Below, in pieces: positions 45,770 to 49,982 of a stretch of DNA of 49,982 bases. The DNA is from a virus (lineage: Duplodnaviria; Caudoviricetes), in IMG/VR virus record IMGVR_UViG_3300048579_000445, positions 1 to 49,982 of that record; one strand, written 5' to 3'. Below the pieces are notes generated by a model. The model worked only from the letters and a program-made list of their open reading frames with translations, did not search any database and was not told the origin of the DNA. Every line of letters begins with the position of its first letter. The stretch's first letter is position 1. The translations under genes were made by a program, and so were the position numbers.

Positions 45770-48700
45770 ATGAGCGCGCGGGATTGGCAGGCCTTCGATG
45801 CCGAGCTGAGCGCCCGGGTTCCGGAACTCGTGGTCGAGTTGCTGGGCAAGCCGACCCTCCGCACGGGCCATGAATGGCGCTGGGGCCGCAAGGGCAGCCT
45901 TTCGGTCGTGATCGGCGGCGCCAAGGCGGGCATGTGGTTCGACCATGAGGCGGGCGGCGGCGGCGGCTTCATCGATCTGGTTGGCCGGAACCTCGGTCTC
46001 TCCCGCGGCGACGCGCTGGACTGGACGGCCGATCGTATCGGCATGGGACGACGCCATCGGCCGGCCCGGACGCGCCCGGCACCACCGATCTTGTCGACGA
46101 ACACGCCGGCTTTATCGCAGGCCCAGCCCGGCACGGAAACGTCGCCTCAGCCACACCTCGACGATCTGGACCCGGCCGTCGCCCGTGCAGAGGAAGCCGC
46201 AGCCCGCGCCGCGCGGATCTGGGCCAATGCCTGTCCAGCCCCGGACGGCCATTCCTATCTCGCCGCCAAGCAGGTTGCGGCGCTCGGCTTGCGCATGGAT
46301 GCGCGTGGCCAGCTCGTCGTGCCGTTGCAGGACATCGACGGCCGGATCCACAGCCTCGAGACCATCGCGCCGGACGGGGCCAAACGATACCTCGCTGGCG
46401 GCGCGAAGCGGGGGCATTTCACGGTGGTGGGTGCGGAGCCGGGGCCGCTCCCTGAGCCCACGGGCCCCGTCCTGATCTGCGAGGGCTGGGCGACCGGCGC
46501 CAGTCTGCACATCGCCACAGGCCATGCCGTGATCGCGGCGATGGACGCGGGCAACCTGATGCCCGTCGCCGAGGCGCTGCGGGCACGCTTCCCGGCGGCC
46601 GACCTCGTCCTGGTCGCCGATAACGACGCGAAGCCCGACCGCGACGGCAATCCCGGCGTCGAGGCGGCGCGCAAGGTTGCGCTTGCCGTCGATGGCCGTC
46701 TGGCCGTGCCAGGGGTTCCCGGCGACGCCAACGACCTCTTCTGCGCCAAGGGGCCGGAGGCCGTCGCGGCACTTGTCGCCGGCGCGGCCCGGATCCCGCC
46801 GCCACCGCCGACCTATCCGGCACCCGTGCTCACGCCCGACGAGGCCCGCGCCAGCCTCGCAGAGGCCATCGCCAGCTTCATGGCCGCCATCCCGGACTAC
46901 TGGGCCGCTGTCGAAGCCGCCCGTGAGGCGGCGAAGGACAGCGACGCGACCCGCGATCCACTCGATTTCAACATCGTCGCGCGCGCGGCGCTGCCGCCGC
47001 TCCTCGGCCTGCCGGTCGATGTGGGCCTCGGCAAGACCTCGAGCGCGCGCGCCGCCATCGCCGAGCTGATCGCCACGGGCGGGCTCGGGAAACGCAAGGT
47101 CGTCTATGCTGTCCCGCGCCACGATCTCGGCGCCGAGCAGGTCACGGCCTTCGAGGCGCTCGGGCTCAGCGCCATGCTCTGGAAGGGGCGCACCGCGCCC
47201 GATCCCAGCGATGCCGATCCAGAACAACTCATGTGCCTGGACACGGAGGCCACCTTTGACGCCCTCGAGATCGAGCATCCAGTCGAACAGAGCTGCTGCA
47301 AGGTCAAGAACGGCGCGGAACTGCTGCTGTGTCCCTGGTTCCACGACTGCGGCTACCAGCGTCAGAAGCCGCTGGCGCAGGCCGCGCAGGTCATCGTCTG
47401 TGCCCATGACAGCCTCTTCCACCTGAAGCCGCAAGCCATCGGCGAGGTCGGGCTTCTCGTCATCGACGAGGCCTTCTGGCAGTCGGGCCTGCGCGGTCTC
47501 GACGGCAAGGCCACGCTGACGCAGGACGGGTTGGAGCCCGGCCGCACCTCGCTCAGCTGCTACACCGGCAAGGGCAAGATGGATGTTGGCGCGACGGCCG
47601 ACCTGATCGCCGCGCGCGAGCGGCTCTGCAAGGCGCTGCGGGTCATGAAGCCGGGTCCGCTCCGCCTCGGCCTGCTGGAAGCTGTCGGTCTCACCCCGGA
47701 GGATTGCCGCCATGCCGCGACGCTGGAACGCCGCCGGATGCGCGATGCGGGCCTTCGCCCCGGCATGTCGCCGGTCGAGCGGCGCAAGCGCATCGAGGCT
47801 GTCCTGCCGCCCGCAGGCGAGCCATGGGCCCCACCGGGGCGCTGCGCTATGCTCTGGCTTATCCTCGCCGAGGCGCTGGAGAACGGCCACGACGCCGCCG
47901 GTGCAGAACTCGTGCACGAGAGGACCGAGGCCGGTTCGGTCCGCGCGCTCCGCCTGCGCTGGCGCAGCCGCATGCGGGCAGGCTGGGCCGCCGAGGCGCC
48001 GATCCTGCATCTCGACGCCACGCTCCGGCCGGAACTTGTCCAGACCTACCTGCCGCGGATCGATATCAGCACGCCCGTCGCCGCGCGCCAGCCCCATGTC
48101 CGCGTCCGCCAGGTCACCGGCAGCCCGACCTCGGCCCGTGCCCTGACGCCTGCCTCCGACGCACCAGAGCGGGACCGGAAGGCCGCCGCGACCCGTCTGC
48201 GCGACCTCCGGGCCTGGATCGACCTCCGCGCCCGGCAGTGCAATCGCCCCGGCCAGGCAATCGATCTCCTGGTGGTGGGCCAGAAGGCCGCCATCGATGC
48301 CCTTCGCTCGGCCGGACTGCCACCACGGGTGGAGGCGGTGCATTTCAACGCGCTGAGCGGTCTCGACCGCTGGGGTGGGATCGGCGGCATGGTGGTCCTC
48401 GGCCGCACGCTGCCCGCGCCGCGCACGGTCGAGTTGATCGCGATGGCCCTGACCGGCCGCGTGCCCGCGCCGAACCCGGAGGACGCGGGCTGGTGGTATC
48501 CCATGACCGAACGTCGCCTTAGGCTTGCAGACGACCGGACCGTGCCGCTCGCGATGGAGGAACATGCTGATCCCATCGCCGAAGCCGTGCGCTGGAGCAT
48601 CTGCGAGGGCGAGCTGATCCAGGCGATGGGGCGCGGTCGCGGCGTCAACCGCACGGCCGCCACGCCGCTCGAGATCGACCTTCTCACGGACGTGGTGCTG

Positions 48701-49252
48701 CCGGTTGCCGTTGACGCGCTGGTGCCCTGGTCCGACCTCCGCCCGACCCGGCGCGACCTGATGGCGCTGACCGGCATCGTGCTCGAGAATGCCGCCGACA
48801 TGGCGGCCTGCTTCCCGGAGCTGTGGCCGACGCGCGAGGCTGCGAAGAAGGACGGCCAGAGGAAGGGGACAAATGACTATTATGGAGACCTCTATAATAG
48901 CAGATTGTCCCCATCCTCGGCGGAGGTGACCTACCGCCCGCAGGGCGCCGGCCATCGAAGTCGGGCGGCCCACGTCGATCTCTCCCGCATCCTCGATCCG
49001 GAAGCCTGGCTCACCAACCGTCTCGGGCCGCTCGCCAGCTTCGAGATGCGGTCCATCGCGAGCAATCCAGCCGGTGACGACGCCGCCGCGCGCATCGACG
49101 CCCTCGCATCCCGCCTGACCGTCAGCATGCAGGCCGTGCTCGCCGCGCGCCGGGCCGCGCTGGACGCGCTCAGCGTCCGGCTGGAGGCCACCAAGCCCGC
49201 TGAGCTGCGGCGCCCCGACCAACCCCACCCAGAAGAGGAGACCGAGGCATGA
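45770..49252 (+). CDS. Toprim primase fused to helicase-like domain (replication initiator)
   Basis: Toprim ICEGWATG, ADND, GDANDL; helicase-like VGLGKT, LVIDEA, LHLDAT, QAMGRGR. Confidence 0.85.
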   Translation: MSARDWQAFDAELSARVPELVVELLGKPTLRTGHEWRWGRKGSLSVVIGGAKAGMWFDHEAGGGGGFIDLVGRNLGLSRGDALDWTADRIGMGRRHRPARTRPAPPILSTNTPALSQAQPGTETSPQPHLDDLDPAVARAEEAAARAARIWANACPAPDGHSYLAAKQVAALGLRMDARGQLVVPLQDIDGRIHSLETIAPDGAKRYLAGGAKRGHFTVVGAEPGPLPEPTGPVLICEGWATGASLHIATGHAVIAAMDAGNLMPVAEALRARFPAADLVLVADNDAKPDRDGNPGVEAARKVALAVDGRLAVPGVPGDANDLFCAKGPEAVAALVAGAARIPPPPPTYPAPVLTPDEARASLAEAIASFMAAIPDYWAAVEAAREAAKDSDATRDPLDFNIVARAALPPLLGLPVDVGLGKTSSARAAIAELIATGGLGKRKVVYAVPRHDLGAEQVTAFEALGLSAMLWKGRTAPDPSDADPEQLMCLDTEATFDALEIEHPVEQSCCKVKNGAELLLCPWFHDCGYQRQKPLAQAAQVIVCAHDSLFHLKPQAIGEVGLLVIDEAFWQSGLRGLDGKATLTQDGLEPGRTSLSCYTGKGKMDVGATADLIAARERLCKALRVMKPGPLRLGLLEAVGLTPEDCRHAATLERRRMRDAGLRPGMSPVERRKRIEAVLPPAGEPWAPPGRCAMLWLILAEALENGHDAAGAELVHERTEAGSVRALRLRWRSRMRAGWAAEAPILHLDATLRPELVQTYLPRIDISTPVAARQPHVRVRQVTGSPTSARALTPASDAPERDRKAAATRLRDLRAWIDLRARQCNRPGQAIDLLVVGQKAAIDALRSAGLPPRVEAVHFNALSGLDRWGGIGGMVVLGRTLPAPRTVELIAMALTGRVPAPNPEDAGWWYPMTERRLRLADDRTVPLAMEEHADPIAEAVRWSICEGELIQAMGRGRGVNRTAATPLEIDLLTDVVLPVAVDALVPWSDLRPTRRDLMALTGIVLENAADMAACFPELWPTREAAKKDGQRKGTNDYYGDLYNSRLSPSSAEVTYRPQGAGHRSRAAHVDLSRILDPEAWLTNRLGPLASFEMRSIASNPAGDDAAARIDALASRLTVSMQAVLAARRAALDALSVRLEATKPAELRRPDQPHPEEETEA
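48865..48912. repeat. 48-bp AT-rich imperfect inverted repeat inside the Rep gene (candidate origin)
   Basis: GGGGACAA-ATGA-CTATTAT-GGAG-AC-CTCT-ATAATAG-CAGA-TTGTCCCC. Confidence 0.7.
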
Positions 49253-49776
49253 GTTTCGACAGGATGCGTCTCTACGACGCCGGCCGCTTCCACGATACGG
49301 AACTGCCCGACTGGTATCACGCGGCCATGCGCCTCAGCGAAGCCGAACGCGTGGACTGGCATCGCGCGCTCGAGCGCGTCCTCGATTGCGAATACACGCT
49401 CTTGACGGAGGAAGGCCTGATAAGCGCCGGTCTCGAGATCCGGTTCTGGCCAAGCGAGATGCAGGGGATCTTCGTGCTGATCGAGACCCCACTGGCCGTT
49501 GTCGAGCAGATCGTCATTCTGAACCCAACCGACTGGCTGCCGTTCCTTTCCCGTTATCTCGCACCTCTCATGGCGGCGTCCAACCAGAGCGCCATGATCG
49601 CGCTGCACGGCAAGATCGGCAACGCCTTCATCGCTTGGGCGCGCCATGGCGAAGGCAGCCATGTCGATCGCGAAACCGGCCTCAGCCGGATCGATCTCGA
49701 CAACGACCGGGATCGTCGCCGGGCCCAGCAGGCCCGCGCCACCATCGAGCGGGCCAGCCGGGAGGGGAGCGCATGA
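49249..49776 (+). CDS. Hypothetical phage protein
   Basis: 175 aa, ATGA overlaps on both sides, GAGG RBS. Confidence 0.75.
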   Translation: MSFDRMRLYDAGRFHDTELPDWYHAAMRLSEAERVDWHRALERVLDCEYTLLTEEGLISAGLEIRFWPSEMQGIFVLIETPLAVVEQIVILNPTDWLPFLSRYLAPLMAASNQSAMIALHGKIGNAFIAWARHGEGSHVDRETGLSRIDLDNDRDRRRAQQARATIERASREGSA

Positions 49777-49982
49777 CGGCGATGCGCTGGCATCCTCCGG
49801 GCTATGGTGGCGAACGGCGCGACCCAGACCGCGTGAAGCGCGACGGCTGGCGCGACCAGGGCATGCTCGCGGTCTCCATCGACGACGCGCGCCTCAGCTG
49901 GCCGGAGCGGGAACTCGTCCGGCAGCTGGGCGAGAAGCTCTATGGTCCGCGGAACCGCGGGCCTGACGCGCGGGAGCCCTGA
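49773..49982 (+). CDS. Small hypothetical phage protein
   Basis: 69 aa MTAMRWHPPGYGGERRDPDRVKRDGW..., ATGA overlap, GGAGGGGAG RBS. Confidence 0.7.
   Translation: MTAMRWHPPGYGGERRDPDRVKRDGWRDQGMLAVSIDDARLSWPERELVRQLGEKLYGPRNRGPDAREP

Larger units (their letters stand above)
34181..49982. mobile_element. Defence cargo, integration module and early/replication region of the same (circularly permuted) or a tandem element
   Basis: RM genes, large serine recombinase with DUF2924 partner, divergent regulator and primase-helicase. Confidence 0.75.

Noticed and set aside
1-49982. CRISPR array, rRNA or IS transposase
   Set aside because: No regularly spaced repeats, rRNA-like sequence or transposase motifs detected by eye

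Overview
GC-rich temperate phage or prophage DNA, most likely from an alphaproteobacterium (Rhodobacteraceae-like). Positions 1-23704 are a complete late operon. It has a lambda-type head (terS, GpA terL, gpW, portal, protease-capsid fusion), a siphovirus tail with a -1 frameshifted chaperone, RcGTA-like tail-tip genes, a lysis cluster inserted inside the tail-tip module, and a DprA + PRTase (ShosTA-like) defence pair behind an alphaproteobacterial LexA box. Positions 23868-34026 are a 10 kb, translationally coupled three-gene cargo operon that matches no system I can name: a 1499-aa beta-rich protein, a 1074-aa FN3-repeat protein, and an 813-aa protein with peptidoglycan-binding and lysozyme-like motifs. 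This operon is the best candidate for a new system. At about 34160-34240 is an att-like junction carrying a tRNA-type 3' end. After it come a minus-strand defence operon (GmrSD-like, type I hsdRMS, HEPN-motif gene), a DUF2924 / large serine recombinase module, a probable regulator flanked by repeated palindromes, and a Toprim-helicase Rep gene containing an AT-rich 48-bp palindrome. Family names come from motif recognition and recall; no searches were run.
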